Source: an uncultured Clostridia bacterium | GTDB lineage: Bacteria > Bacillota > Clostridia > TANB77 > CAG-508 | NCBI GenBank assembly: GCA_944393455.1 | Contig: CALYAH010000091.1 | Span: 1-56,536, forward strand | Direction: 5' to 3' | DNA: 56,536 nt | Shown: one piece after another, positions 27,567 to 38,607 of the stretch | Position numbering within the stretch: position 1 is the first letter of the stretch | Layout of the letters: every line of letters begins with the position of its first letter | The notes under the pieces: model-generated | What the model was told of the DNA's origin: nothing | Seen by the model: only the letters and a program-made list of their open reading frames with translations | Databases searched by the model: none | Made by a program: the position numbers and the translations under genes

Positions 27567-28949
27567 TTGAGAAAAACAAAAATCTTTTTTATCAATGGAA
27601 TTATTTTAACAATAACCTCTCTTTTCATGAAAAGTATTGGAATGGCATTTAATATATATATTTCTAACAAAATTGGTTCAGAAGCCGTCGGAGTATTTAG
27701 TTTAGTAATGTCTGTTTATTTATTTGCTGTCACCTTAGCCACTTCTGGTTTAAGTCTTGCTTGTACTTGTATTGTTTCAGAAGAATTTGCTAAAGGAAAC
27801 TTTTTAGACGGTTTAAAAGCAGTTCGAAGTTGCATCTTATTTTCGCTGTTGTTAGGATTAGGAAGCAGTTTTATTGTTTTAATATTTTCTAATCTCATCT
27901 CTCAAAATTGGTTAAAATCAATGGTATCTGCTATACCTCTTTATCTTATTTCTATTGGTCTGCCTTTTATTGCAATTTCTAGTGTTATAAATGGCTATTT
28001 TTCTGCTGTAAGAAAAGGATACAAAAGTGCTTTTTCACAAGTGTTTGAGCTATTAATTAAGATAATTACAACCATTATTTTACTAAATTTCGATACAAAT
28101 AAAAATGTAGAATCGATTTGTATTTGTTTGATTTTAGCAGATGTAATTTCTGAAATCTGCTCTTGCTGTTTAGTATCAATTTTATATAAAAAAGATAAAT
28201 TAAAATATAGTAAAAGAGCAATTTCAACTATTACCTTTAAGAAAAAGATTTTAAAAATTACTTTTCCTGTTTCTATTACCTCTTATATTCGCTCTGGATT
28301 ATCTACTTTAAAGCAATTTATGATTCCGAGCCGATTAGTCTTATTTGGTTTACCTTATACTATGGCATTATCAGAATATGGAAAAGTTAATGGAATGACA
28401 ATGTCTGTACTTCTTTTTCCAAATGTATTTATACTATCATTTAGTAATCTGCTCATTCCTGAATTTGCCAGTTTACTTGCAAAACAATATAAAAAGAGAA
28501 TTCTAGAAATTTGCAAAAAAGTTTTTTTCGCCACTTCTATATTTTCTATTAGTATTTCTCTTATTTTCTTTTTCTTTGCAAATCAAATTAGTCTTATGGT
28601 ATTTAACAATCTAGAATGTGCTAAATATATAAAAATCCTTTCTCCTATAATATTGTTTATGTATCCAGACAATATTTTAGATAGTATGCTAAAGGGATTA
28701 AATAAACAATTTAATGTAATGGTTTGTAATATTTTAGATTTAGTATTAACAATTACTGTTTTATATTTTTTGCTACCTATATGGGGATTAACAGGCTATC
28801 TCCTAGCTATTATGATTAGTGAAATTTTTAACTTTTGTGTTAGTTATTTTCAATTGTATCAAGCAACTGGTTTTAAAATGTCACCTTATATTACTTGTTT
28901 CTATTTGCTTTTTGTATTTTTAGCAATTTATGAAATTGTATTATTTTAA
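27567..28949 (+). CDS. spoVB: MOP-superfamily flippase, stage V sporulation protein B-like
   Basis: 460 aa, about 12-14 TM helices. The N-terminal region (GIILTITSLFMKSIGMAFNIYISNKIGSEAVGVFSLVMSVY) is typical of SpoVB/MurJ-like proteins. TTG start. Confidence 0.7.
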   Translation: MRKTKIFFINGIILTITSLFMKSIGMAFNIYISNKIGSEAVGVFSLVMSVYLFAVTLATSGLSLACTCIVSEEFAKGNFLDGLKAVRSCILFSLLLGLGSSFIVLIFSNLISQNWLKSMVSAIPLYLISIGLPFIAISSVINGYFSAVRKGYKSAFSQVFELLIKIITTIILLNFDTNKNVESICICLILADVISEICSCCLVSILYKKDKLKYSKRAISTITFKKKILKITFPVSITSYIRSGLSTLKQFMIPSRLVLFGLPYTMALSEYGKVNGMTMSVLLFPNVFILSFSNLLIPEFASLLAKQYKKRILEICKKVFFATSIFSISISLIFFFFANQISLMVFNNLECAKYIKILSPIILFMYPDNILDSMLKGLNKQFNVMVCNILDLVLTITVLYFLLPIWGLTGYLLAIMISEIFNFCVSYFQLYQATGFKMSPYITCFYLLFVFLAIYEIVLF

Positions 28950-28996
28950 CATGATTTTTTATTAATTGATTTCTATATCTAAAAAAAACTAACAAA

Positions 28997-29035
28997 AAAG
29001 CCTAATTTGATTAATATCAAACTAGGCTTTTAAAA
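28997..29035. terminator. Bidirectional terminator between spoVB and the sortase gene
   Basis: Stem aaagcctaatttgat / atcaaactaggcttt (1 mismatch) flanked by A and T runs. Confidence 0.65.
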
Positions 29036-29040
29036 TTATT

Positions 29041-29787
29041 TTACATCGCTCTTGCTTTTACAATTACTCTCATTTTACTATCATCTGTACAAGTAATTAA
29101 AGTAATTTCTTTTCTTCCATCAGTTAATTGTGATGTACAACTTAAATCGTCTGGTGAAACTTCATATTTATCATATACTGCATATTGTAATACACTTCCA
29201 TCTATATCTGTTATTTCTATAATATCACCATTAACCAAAGTTGGAACTTTACTAAAGAATTTTGTGTTTCTATAGTTATGTCCAACTATACAAAAGTTAC
29301 CAACTTCATTTGGATCAGCTCCCCAAAACTTCGTTGGAGATATTTTAAGTAGTGCTTCTGTTTCTTCAACAGAATCTGTTTCTCCATCTAAAATTGGATA
29401 GTCAACATTTATTTTTGGTATATTAATTTTTGCTATAGTTGCATATCTAAATCCATCACTAGTTGTCTGCATCGTTGTTTTATTCATTGCAGTTTTTGGT
29501 TCTTCCTCTGTACCATCTGCACTTTGCTCTGCATCATTTAGTACAACGATTAATACATTATTTTTTGCTATTGTAGTATCTTCAATTTCTGTTTGCTCAT
29601 TAAAGTCTGCTAATAAACTTTGTGATGCCTCTTCACTTTTGCTTCTATCATATTCTGCATAAATACAAAAAGAAATTAAAATGCATATCAAAAAAATAGA
29701 CAAAAAGAAATTGAATTTATATACTTTCTTTTTTCTTTTTAGCTCAGGTGTTATATACAATTTTTTTGTAACTAAAATTTGATTCAT
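29041..29787 (-). CDS. Sortase-family transpeptidase
   Basis: N-terminal TM anchor. Catalytic signature HN(Y), TLITC and a downstream Arg (VKARA). Confidence 0.75.
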   Translation of the reverse strand: MNQILVTKKLYITPELKRKKKVYKFNFFLSIFLICILISFCIYAEYDRSKSEEASQSLLADFNEQTEIEDTTIAKNNVLIVVLNDAEQSADGTEEEPKTAMNKTTMQTTSDGFRYATIAKINIPKINVDYPILDGETDSVEETEALLKISPTKFWGADPNEVGNFCIVGHNYRNTKFFSKVPTLVNGDIIEITDIDGSVLQYAVYDKYEVSPDDLSCTSQLTDGRKEITLITCTDDSKMRVIVKARAM

Positions 29788-29860
29788 CCTATTCTCCCTA
29801 TTTTATACTTCTTTACTATTATATCACATATTGCAGTAAATTGAAATACTTTTTTTGGAT

Positions 29861-30724
29861 TTATACAATCTTATTTGCAATATTAGCAAAATCTTCTATT
29901 CTCAAATTCTCTGCTCTAATATTTTCATCTAAATTTAAATCTTTCAGTATATTTATTCCCTCTTCTTTACTTGCAAAAACCTTTGTATTTGTTAAAGCAT
30001 TTACTAAAGTTTTTCTTCTTTGCATAAAAGCATTTTTTATAATTTTAAACATTAATTCTCTGTTTTTCGCTTCTACTGGTGGCTCTTTTCTTATATTTAA
30101 TTTTATTACTTCTGATGTTACTTCTGGCTCAGGTATAAATGAATTATTTGGAACTTCTAATATTCCTTCTGCATTAGAATAATAATAAACAGAATAAGTA
30201 ATTGCTCCAGTGTTTTTTTCTCCCGGTATAGCAATTAATCTTTCGGCTACTTCCTTTTGTATCATAACTGTTATACTTTCTAAATCTAATTGTTCTTCTA
30301 ATAATTTCATGATAATCGGTGTTGTTATATAATATGGTAAATTAGCAACAACTTTTACGTTTTTTATTTCTTTATTTTCTTTTGTCTTTTCTATTAATGT
30401 TTTTAAATCTACTTTTAGCACATCCTGATTTAGTACTTCAAAATTATCATATAATTTAAACCTATCTTCTAATATTCTTATCATTTTTTTATCTAGTTCA
30501 ATACATGTCACTTTTTTAGCTTTTTCCAATAGATATTTTGTTAAAGTACCAAGCCCTGGTCCAATTTCTATTACAAAATCTTCTTTATTAATTTCACTAC
30601 TCTCCACAATTGTCCTTACCACTTCTTCGTCAATCAAGAAGTTTTGACCTAATGATTTATTAGCTTTAATATTATATTTTTTCATGATAAATTTAGTCTC
30701 TTCTAATATATTTTTCATACTCAT
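29861..30724 (-). CDS. rsmA: 16S rRNA (adenine1518/1519-N6)-dimethyltransferase
   Basis: LGQNFLIDE, EIGPGLGTLT and NLPYYITTPI motifs. Confidence 0.9.
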   Translation of the reverse strand: MSMKNILEETKFIMKKYNIKANKSLGQNFLIDEEVVRTIVESSEINKEDFVIEIGPGLGTLTKYLLEKAKKVTCIELDKKMIRILEDRFKLYDNFEVLNQDVLKVDLKTLIEKTKENKEIKNVKVVANLPYYITTPIIMKLLEEQLDLESITVMIQKEVAERLIAIPGEKNTGAITYSVYYYSNAEGILEVPNNSFIPEPEVTSEVIKLNIRKEPPVEAKNRELMFKIIKNAFMQRRKTLVNALTNTKVFASKEEGINILKDLNLDENIRAENLRIEDFANIANKIV

Positions 30725-30887
30725 TCCTCTTTTATATTATTTGTTACTGTATATAGTTAATTTATATTAACTATAAATAGCAACTATTATTTTAGTATAA
30801 ATAGCCTATTTTTTCAAGTTTTTATTGATTTTTCTATTTTTTTAATATAAAATATAATCACAAATTTTTAACAAAAGAGGCATGTGT

Positions 30888-33218
30888 ATGAATAAAAAAA
30901 ATGAAAAGAAAAGAAATTCTGTTGAAAAAACAAAAAATAAAGTAAAAAACAAATCAAATAATTCTAATGTTGTAAAATTAAAAACATCTTTTGACTCTAA
31001 AAACTTAGTTCATACTAAAAAATTGAAAACCACGTTAATTGTTACTCTTATTCTTTTTGTTTTATTACTTGGTAGAATTGGATTTTTACAATTTGTACAG
31101 GGAAGTTATCTAAAAGAACTTGCTTATAATCAACAAGCAATTAATCAAATCATTAGCCCTAAACGTGGAAATATCTACGACTCAACCGGTAAAGCTTTGG
31201 CTATTGGTGCTCAAGTAGATACAATTACTATTAACCCAACTAAAATATCTAAAAATAGCGATGCAGAAACTAAAGAACTAAAAGAAAAAGTTGCAAAAGG
31301 TCTTTCTGATATCTTTGCTCTTGACTATAATGAAGTTTTAGAAAAGGTTAATAGCACATCACAAGTAGAAACCATTATAAAAAAAGTAGAACAAGATAAA
31401 GTCGATGAACTAAAACAATGGATGGAAGATAATGAAATAACAGTTGGAATTAATATTGATGAAGATACAAAAAGATATTATCCTTATGGTACTGTTGCTT
31501 CTAGCGTAATCGGATTTTGTGGAAATGATAATCAAGGTTTAAGTGGAATTGAATCAAAATGGGATTCTGTTTTAACTGGTACTCCTGGAAAAATTGTTAG
31601 TTCTAAAGGAAGTGATCAACAAGAAATCCCTAATGCAGAAGAAACTTATATTTCTGCTGAAAATGGTAGTGACTTAACACTTACAATAGATTTAAATATA
31701 CAAACAATTATAGAAAAATACTTAAAACAGGCTGTTGAAGATAATGATTGTGAAAAAGGTGGAAATGTTATTGTTATGAATCCTAAAACCGGAGACATTT
31801 TAGGAATGGCATCTTACCCTGATTATGATCTAAACTCTCCTTACACTCCAAATGCTAAATTAGCAGAAACTTATGACTCTCTTTCTACAGAAGAAAAAAG
31901 TGAAGCCCTTTATAAGATGTGGTCTAACAAATCTGTTGCTGATACCTATGAACCTGGTTCTGTTTTCAAAGTTATTACCTCTTCTGTTGCTTTAGAGGAA
32001 AATATTACATCAACAGATGTGGCAAATGATTTTATTTGTAAAGGTTACGAAGAATTTGAAGATGCTTCTGCTTCAACTCCTTTAAGAATTTCATGTTGGA
32101 GAGCTCAACCTCACGGAGTGCAAACTTTAAGGCAAGCATTGTGTAATTCTTGTAATCCAGCTTTTATGCAACTAGGAAAAAGAATTGGTGCTTCTACTTT
32201 ATATAAATATTACGAGGCTTTTGGTCTATTCGATTCTACTAATTCTGGATTATATGGTGAACAAAGTAGTATTTTTCAAAAATTAGAAAATGTAGGACCA
32301 GTAGAACTTGCTACTATGTCTTTTGGTCAGAGATTAAATGTTACACCATTACAGATGATAACCGCAATCGCTTGTGTTGCTAATGATGGAATACTAATGC
32401 AACCAAGAATTGTAAAAGAAATTACTAATACAGATACAGGTGCTGTAACTGAAATTCCAGTTACACAAGTAAGACAAGTTATCTCTAAGGAAACATCTCA
32501 AGAAGTGAAATCTATGATGGAATCAGTTGTAACTGAGGGAACAGGTAGACATGCTGCTGTTGCTGGATATTCTATTGGTGGAAAAACTGGTACTTCTGAA
32601 CCAGTATACACTAGAACAGAAGAAGGTTATGTTGCTTCTTATGTTGCTATTTCACCTGTTGAGGATACACAAGTTGTATTACTATTAACTTTATATGATC
32701 CTCCTAAAAATAATCATCAAGGTGGTTCTTTAGCAGGTCCTGTTGTTTCACAAATGTTATCAGAAATATTGCCTTACTTAGGTATACCTTCAACTGAAAC
32801 AAATACAGATACATCTTCTAGCAATTCAATTATTGTTCCTGATGTCAGAAACAAGACAGTTGCTGAAGCTGAAAAAACTTTAAAAAATGCTGGTTTTACA
32901 ACAAAAACATATGTTAATGGAGATTCTAATTCTTTGTTAGTAGTGGACCAAACACCAAAACCAGGCAGCTATTTATCAAAAAATGCAGTTATCGTTCTTT
33001 ACGGTGAAGGCAGTGATGTTGCTACATCAGTAACAGTTCCAGATTTAAAGGGAATGAATGCTTCTCAGGCTACTAATGCTTTAAAAGCAAAAAATTTGAA
33101 TATTAATATAGAAGGAAGTGGAATTGTTACTTCACAGGATTATGCAAAAGATGAACAAGTACAAGAAGGAACAATTATAAAAGTTACACTAAAACAAAAT
33201 TTAACAGATGCTCACTAA
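30888..33218 (+). CDS. Class B penicillin-binding protein with two C-terminal PASTA domains (PBP2B/FtsI-like), intact paralog of the split spoVD
   Basis: SVFK, CNSCN and KTGT motifs. Two PASTA repeats (VPDVRNKTVAEAEKTLKNAGF..., VPDLKGMNASQATNALKAKNL...). ATG 30888 fits the AAAGAGG RBS better than 30882. Confidence 0.85.
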   Translation: MNKKNEKKRNSVEKTKNKVKNKSNNSNVVKLKTSFDSKNLVHTKKLKTTLIVTLILFVLLLGRIGFLQFVQGSYLKELAYNQQAINQIISPKRGNIYDSTGKALAIGAQVDTITINPTKISKNSDAETKELKEKVAKGLSDIFALDYNEVLEKVNSTSQVETIIKKVEQDKVDELKQWMEDNEITVGINIDEDTKRYYPYGTVASSVIGFCGNDNQGLSGIESKWDSVLTGTPGKIVSSKGSDQQEIPNAEETYISAENGSDLTLTIDLNIQTIIEKYLKQAVEDNDCEKGGNVIVMNPKTGDILGMASYPDYDLNSPYTPNAKLAETYDSLSTEEKSEALYKMWSNKSVADTYEPGSVFKVITSSVALEENITSTDVANDFICKGYEEFEDASASTPLRISCWRAQPHGVQTLRQALCNSCNPAFMQLGKRIGASTLYKYYEAFGLFDSTNSGLYGEQSSIFQKLENVGPVELATMSFGQRLNVTPLQMITAIACVANDGILMQPRIVKEITNTDTGAVTEIPVTQVRQVISKETSQEVKSMMESVVTEGTGRHAAVAGYSIGGKTGTSEPVYTRTEEGYVASYVAISPVEDTQVVLLLTLYDPPKNNHQGGSLAGPVVSQMLSEILPYLGIPSTETNTDTSSSNSIIVPDVRNKTVAEAEKTLKNAGFTTKTYVNGDSNSLLVVDQTPKPGSYLSKNAVIVLYGEGSDVATSVTVPDLKGMNASQATNALKAKNLNINIEGSGIVTSQDYAKDEQVQEGTIIKVTLKQNLTDAH

Positions 33219-33254
33219 ATTAAATATAAAAATAATGGAATAAGATATAAAGTC

Positions 33255-33908
33255 TTATTCCATTATTTCTTCTTCCCAATATTTTTCTAGTAAATTATCT
33301 AGTTTTTTTATTTTATCAAATTTCTTTATTACTCTATTTAATAATATAGGATTATTTCCACAAAAAAATATCATCCAAGCCTGTTCTTTAGTCATATTTT
33401 CAATATCTATCAATTGAAATTTTGGCAACTCTAAAACATGAAATTCCATCTCTTCTGAATTCCCATTTTCGTCTATTTTAGAATTAACTTTAATTGTTTT
33501 ATGATATTCTTGTGTTTTAAAATAGTCGTAATCAAGTATATTGATTGTAATTGTCCTAGCAACTTTTCTGTTCTTATTGTGTTCTAATTGATTGGCATGA
33601 ATTTGAGCATAATATAATAAGATTTTGTTTTGTATATAATATCCATCAATAAATTGTATTCCAACATTTAATTCTTCTTTATTTTTCTGCTGTATTCTGA
33701 CATCTGCTACTCCAAAATTTTCTTCTTTTGGCAAATATTTCTCTTTACTTTTTAAATATGGATTTAATTTTATCTTTTGTATTTCTATTTTTAAAATACT
33801 TTCTATAAAATCTTGTAAGATATCTAAATTTTCTTTTGAATTTAAAACTTTTCTTAATACTAAATTACTTTTTGATACAAATTTTCTGTTCATAAAATAT
33901 GTTTCCAA
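33255..33908 (-). CDS. PD-(D/E)XK nuclease family protein (Rpn/transposase-like), tentative
   Basis: The overall pattern (GVADVRIQ...LNVGIQ...YYAQIH) resembles PDDEXK_2-type proteins common in Clostridia. No search was possible. Confidence 0.5.
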   Translation of the reverse strand: METYFMNRKFVSKSNLVLRKVLNSKENLDILQDFIESILKIEIQKIKLNPYLKSKEKYLPKEENFGVADVRIQQKNKEELNVGIQFIDGYYIQNKILLYYAQIHANQLEHNKNRKVARTITINILDYDYFKTQEYHKTIKVNSKIDENGNSEEMEFHVLELPKFQLIDIENMTKEQAWMIFFCGNNPILLNRVIKKFDKIKKLDNLLEKYWEEEIME

Positions 33909-34053
33909 AGTCCTCCTTTTGCTTAAAATAGTTAATTAGCTAATCTATCTAAGTATAGTTTGTCCATTTTACTTTTGTCAATACATTTTATTATTATTTT
34001 CGCACTTTTCATCGCAATTTTCGACAAAAGAAAAATGTATGATTAAATATTAA

Positions 34054-34926
34054 TCACACATTTTTCAAAGTCTGCTTTACCTCTTCTATACTTTCTTGTG
34101 GTGTAGATGCTCCTGCCATAATTCCAATTTTAGAATATCTTTTTACTTCATCAATTTTTAAATCTTTAACCGTTTCTATACAAATACATTTTTTACAATT
34201 TTCTCTTGCAATGTCATATAGCTTTCTTGTATTAGAGCTATTTGCCCCTCCAATAATAATCATATATTCTACTATTTTAGCAATTTTCTCTGTTTCTTTC
34301 TGTCTTAATTCTGTTGCTCTGCAAATTGTATTTTTTACAACTAATTCTATATCTTTTGATAATTCATTTTTTATTATCTCTTCTATAATATAAAACTTTT
34401 CTAAACTAAAGGTTGTTTGTGATATTACTAATAACTTTTTTACTCCTGATTCTTCTAATTTTTCTAAAGCTTTATAGGTATCATCCTCTTTTTCAATTAC
34501 ATATGAATTCTTTCCACAATAACTTAGAGTTCCTACATTTTCTGGATGATTTTTGCTTCCGCATAGGAAAATATAATAGCCTTTCTTACTATATTCTTCA
34601 GCTATTTCATGAATTTTTAATACGTTTGGACATGTATAATCTTTTATCTCTATTTGCTTACTTTTTGCTAATTCATATGTTTCCTTTGTAACTCCGTGAG
34701 CTCTTAGGATTATTTTATTTTTGGCTTCGTTTATATCATTTATAAAAATTACTCCTCTATTTTGCAAAGACTCAACAACCTGTTTATTATGCACAATTTC
34801 TCCTAAGCAAAAAACAGTTTTTGTTGAATCTTCCGCTGAAGAATATTTTAATTCCTTTTCAGCACCGTCAACAGCTCTCCTTACTCCATAGCAAAATCCT
34901 GCTGTTTTTCCTACTATAATTTCCAT
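34054..34926 (-). CDS. ispH: 4-hydroxy-3-methylbut-2-enyl diphosphate reductase
   Basis: GFCYGVRRAV start, IVHN, CPNV and GGANSSNT motifs. Confidence 0.9.
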   Translation of the reverse strand: MEIIVGKTAGFCYGVRRAVDGAEKELKYSSAEDSTKTVFCLGEIVHNKQVVESLQNRGVIFINDINEAKNKIILRAHGVTKETYELAKSKQIEIKDYTCPNVLKIHEIAEEYSKKGYYIFLCGSKNHPENVGTLSYCGKNSYVIEKEDDTYKALEKLEESGVKKLLVISQTTFSLEKFYIIEEIIKNELSKDIELVVKNTICRATELRQKETEKIAKIVEYMIIIGGANSSNTRKLYDIARENCKKCICIETVKDLKIDEVKRYSKIGIMAGASTPQESIEEVKQTLKNV

Positions 34927-34970
34927 TTTTTCTTCCTTTCTATGTTTTTCGACATTTTCCTACATATTTA

Positions 34971-35002
34971 TGAGACAGTTTCGCTCTGTCCCTACTGTAT
35001 CA
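34971..35002. repeat. Family-2 palindromic repeat (diverged copy) overlapping the ispG stop codon
   Basis: tgagacagtttcgctctgtccctactgtatca compared with copy 1 tgagacagatttgctctgtcccacctgtctca. Confidence 0.6.
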
Positions 35003-36047
35003 TTTCTAAAATTTCTTTTTTTAACTCTTCTACAATTTTATCTTGTGGTATCTTTCTTATAATCTTTCCCTTTTTAAATAGAAGCCCTTCTTTAATTCCT
35101 CCTGCTATTCCTATATCCGCTTCTCTCGCTTCCCCTGGTCCATTAACGCTACATCCCATAACTGCTACTGTTATATCTGCTTCTATTGTTTGTAAAAAGT
35201 CTTCTACTTCTCTTGCAATTGGTATTAAATCAATCTGTGTTCTTCCACATGTTGGGCAAGCTACCAATGTTGGTGATTTTGAATATAAATTACAATCTTT
35301 TAAAATTTCTTTTGCTACTTTTATTTCTTTTACAGGATCGTCTGATAAAGATACTCTCATTGTATCTCCGATTCCTTGCCTTAACATATATCCTAATCCT
35401 ATACTTGATTTTATTGTTCCACTAAATTCTGTTCCACTTTCTGTAATTCCCAAATGAAGTGGACAATCAAATTCTTTTGCAGCTTCTTCATATGCTTCTA
35501 TACATAAATCTAAATTTGATGCTTTTAATGACAATGCATAATCATGAAAATCTAATTTTTCTAATATGTCTATATGCTTTTTAGCACTTTCTACCATAGC
35601 CTTTGCTGTTGGCTTTCCATACTTTTCTAATAAATCTTTTTCTAATGAACCTGCATTTACTCCAATTCTAATTGGTATACATTTTTCTTTACATTTGTCT
35701 ACAACTGCTTTTACTCTTTCTTCTTCACCTATGTTTCCTGGATTAATTCTTACTTTATCTACTCCTGCTTCTATTGCTTCTAATGCAATTCTATAATCAA
35801 AATGTATGTCTGCAACAATTGGAATATTTATTTTTTCTTTTATTTGTTTAATTGCTTTTGCATCTTCTATATCTAAACAAGCCACACGAATAATCTCACA
35901 ACCTGCTTTTTCTAAATCTAAAATTTGTTTTACTGTTGATTCAACATCTTTTGTCTTAGTATTACACATAGATTGAATAACTACTTTATTTTGACCTCCT
36001 ATTTGTACATTTCCTACCATAATTTTTCTTGTTTTAGTTCTATCCAT
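34992..36047 (-). CDS. ispG: (E)-4-hydroxy-3-methylbut-2-enyl-diphosphate synthase
   Basis: Canonical GcpE sequence ([45 protein letters not shown]). ATG 36047 is preferred to the track start at 36080. Confidence 0.9.
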   Translation of the reverse strand: MDRTKTRKIMVGNVQIGGQNKVVIQSMCNTKTKDVESTVKQILDLEKAGCEIIRVACLDIEDAKAIKQIKEKINIPIVADIHFDYRIALEAIEAGVDKVRINPGNIGEEERVKAVVDKCKEKCIPIRIGVNAGSLEKDLLEKYGKPTAKAMVESAKKHIDILEKLDFHDYALSLKASNLDLCIEAYEEAAKEFDCPLHLGITESGTEFSGTIKSSIGLGYMLRQGIGDTMRVSLSDDPVKEIKVAKEILKDCNLYSKSPTLVACPTCGRTQIDLIPIAREVEDFLQTIEADITVAVMGCSVNGPGEAREADIGIAGGIKEGLLFKKGKIIRKIPQDKIVEELKKEILEMIQ

Positions 36048-36128
36048 TCTTCTTTTACCCTCTCTTCTGCTTTTTTTCATATTTAATCATACTTTTCTAT
36101 TTTTTTCAACTATGCTATATTTAAATTT

Positions 36129-36160
36129 TGAGACAAGTGGGACAGAGCAAATCTGTCTCA
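36129..36160. repeat. Family-2 palindromic repeat (copy 3, inverted relative to copy 1) with a T7 run on the plus strand
   Basis: tgagacaagtgggacagagcaaatctgtctca followed by tttttttgtcga. A 45-bp match to the reverse complement of 228-272 with 1 mismatch. Confidence 0.75.
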
Positions 36161-36247
36161 TTTTTTTGTCGAATTATTACAAATTTTAAAAAACAAATTT
36201 CCACAAAAAAAGAAAAACTGAATATAGTTTTTCTTCCCCTATTATTT

Positions 36248-36988
36248 TTATTTAGATGCTATATAATATCCTACTCCTCTTTTAGTAATTAATATTTTTG
36301 GAGCCGATGTATCCTTTTCAATTTTTTCTCTTATTCTTCTAACTGTAACATCCACTGTTCTAATATCTCCATAATATTCATAACCCCATACTTTTTCTAG
36401 TAAAGTCTCTCTAGTTACCACTTGTTCTGGTTGAGAAGCTAAGAATTTTAGAACTTCGAATTCTCTTAAAGTTAAATCCATTATTTCTCCTCTAACTTTA
36501 ACTTCAAATTTATCTAAATCTAACTCTAAGTCTCCTACTACAATTTTACTTTCCTTTTTCTTGTCTTCCTTCACATTTTCTATAACTTGATTATTAGAAA
36601 CTGCTTCTACTTTTCTTAGGTTTGCTTTTACTCTTGCAACTAGCTCTCTTACACTGAATGGCTTTGTAATATAGTCATCTGCTCCTAATTCAAGTCCTAA
36701 TATTTTATCAATTTCCCCATCTTTTGCCGTTAGCATAAGAATAGGAACATTTAAAGAATTTTTTATTCTTTTACATACTGATAATCCATCTAATTTTGGA
36801 AGCATTATATCTAATAAAATTAAATCCGGTCTTTGCTCTAACGCTATATCAACCGCACTCAATCCATCACTTGCTTCTATTGTATTATATCCTTCTTTTC
36901 TTAAGTTATAAACCAATATATCTACAATTGGTTGTTCGTCATCAACAATTAATATTGTCTTTGCGTCTCTATCCATTTCTTCTTCCAC
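36248..36988 (-). CDS. OmpR/PhoB-family response regulator, no adjacent kinase
   Basis: Receiver domain (ILIVDDE, DLILLDIMLP, LTAK) and a winged-helix output (LTLREFEVLKFLA..., RTVDVTVRRIREKI). Confidence 0.85.
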   Translation of the reverse strand: MEEEMDRDAKTILIVDDEQPIVDILVYNLRKEGYNTIEASDGLSAVDIALEQRPDLILLDIMLPKLDGLSVCKRIKNSLNVPILMLTAKDGEIDKILGLELGADDYITKPFSVRELVARVKANLRKVEAVSNNQVIENVKEDKKKESKIVVGDLELDLDKFEVKVRGEIMDLTLREFEVLKFLASQPEQVVTRETLLEKVWGYEYYGDIRTVDVTVRRIREKIEKDTSAPKILITKRGVGYYIASK

Positions 36989-37136
36989 AAAAATTCCGCC
37001 TTTCTGAGTTTAGCTTTATTTTTATAGTATATTTATATCATAATTAACTTTTTAATACAAGGTTTTTTTAGAAATTTATCTTACCTAGTATTTGTGTTTA
37101 CTATAAATTTTATAAAATTTACTTTAAACTTATTAA

Positions 37137-38585
37137 TTAATTTCCAATTGGGGCATAATTATCTGTTACCACTTGTTTATCTGATTCAAAATTCATTATT
37201 TCTCTTTCTAATAAGTTTCTATACTGTTCATACTTCTCTTCATTTTTATTAGTCTCACCTTTGAATCCTATTAAAATTAAATTTTGTTCTTCTTCATCTG
37301 TTATATCTCTCACTTTAAAAATTTTCACGTCATCAAATACTTTTTTATATGTAGCATATTCGTATTTTATGAAGTCTGATTTTTCTCCCTCTACAGCAGA
37401 TATTATATTAGTTATTACCATTCCATTATCGTTCAATTTATTTTTAGCATTTGTTAAAGCTTCATATGTAGTCAATTCAAAAGGTGCATTTAATCCTTTA
37501 AAAGCATCTATCAAAATAGTATCATATTTATTATCTGTATAATTCAAAAAACTTCTCCCATCTTGATGATAAATTTTCAATCTTTGATTACTTGTATCTA
37601 GTCCAAATTGTTCCTTAGCTAATTGCGTCATCTTTTCATCTATCTCAGAAACATCTATTGTTTTATCTTCATATTTTTTTAAATAATATGTTGGGTATGT
37701 ATAAGCCGCTCCACCTATCATAAGAGTCGATTTTGCTTCTTTATTATAATAATCAAATAAATCATAATAGTATAAATATGGTGCTCCCATTTCGTTTGTT
37801 TCTTGATTAATATAAGATTCTAGCCCTGTATCAACTTGCATTACTTTATATGAGTTTTCTAAATTTGAAGCCTGTCTAATCCAGATTCTACTATATTGTG
37901 AATCAACATCTTCTATAATATCTGGATTGTTTTTCTCAAAAAGGTACTTTCCATATAAATTAAGTCCTATTAAAGCTATTAACATGATAATTATAAATGT
38001 TTTATCTTTTTTTGTAAAAAGTGTAAAAGCTAGAATAAATTGTATTATTGTTGCAATAAATATTATAGTTCTTACCCCTAAATTTGGTATTAATATAAAG
38101 CCTGCCATAAAAGTACCAATAATACTTCCCAAAGTTGATAAAGAAGACACACTACCTGATACTTTTCCTACATTTTCATGTTGCTTATCTTTTAATTTGA
38201 CAGCAAATGGTGAAACAGTTGCTAATATAAAACTTGGAATTCCAAATATAAAAGCTGATGTAATAATTGCAATTAAAACTAGATTATTTGTTACCGCAGA
38301 AAAAGGCTTCACCATTAATGTTTCTAGAATGGGAATTAAGCTAGTAAAAAAACTCCCCATTAAAATTAACATTGATAGTATATTCATATCTGGCTTTTTA
38401 TCTGCAATTTTGCCACCTGCCCAGTATCCAATACTCATACTGGTAAGCATGATTCCTATAATAGTAGTCCAAATTAAATTCGAACTACCTATATAAGGAG
38501 ATAGCACTCTTGCTGCTACCAATTCCAGTATCATTCCAAGAGCACCACATAAAAATACGGTTATTTCTATTTTATATTTTTTCAT
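37137..38585 (-). CDS. Fused multi-TM / spermidine synthase-like protein
   Basis: About 7 N-terminal TM helices, then a spermidine-synthase-type fold (LMIGGAAYTYP..., DTILIDAF). Confidence 0.65.
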   Translation of the reverse strand: MKKYKIEITVFLCGALGMILELVAARVLSPYIGSSNLIWTTIIGIMLTSMSIGYWAGGKIADKKPDMNILSMLILMGSFFTSLIPILETLMVKPFSAVTNNLVLIAIITSAFIFGIPSFILATVSPFAVKLKDKQHENVGKVSGSVSSLSTLGSIIGTFMAGFILIPNLGVRTIIFIATIIQFILAFTLFTKKDKTFIIIMLIALIGLNLYGKYLFEKNNPDIIEDVDSQYSRIWIRQASNLENSYKVMQVDTGLESYINQETNEMGAPYLYYYDLFDYYNKEAKSTLMIGGAAYTYPTYYLKKYEDKTIDVSEIDEKMTQLAKEQFGLDTSNQRLKIYHQDGRSFLNYTDNKYDTILIDAFKGLNAPFELTTYEALTNAKNKLNDNGMVITNIISAVEGEKSDFIKYEYATYKKVFDDVKIFKVRDITDEEEQNLILIGFKGETNKNEEKYEQYRNLLEREIMNFESDKQVVTDNYAPIGN

Positions 38586-38607
38586 TTATTTCTCCTTTGT
38601 CTTAAAT

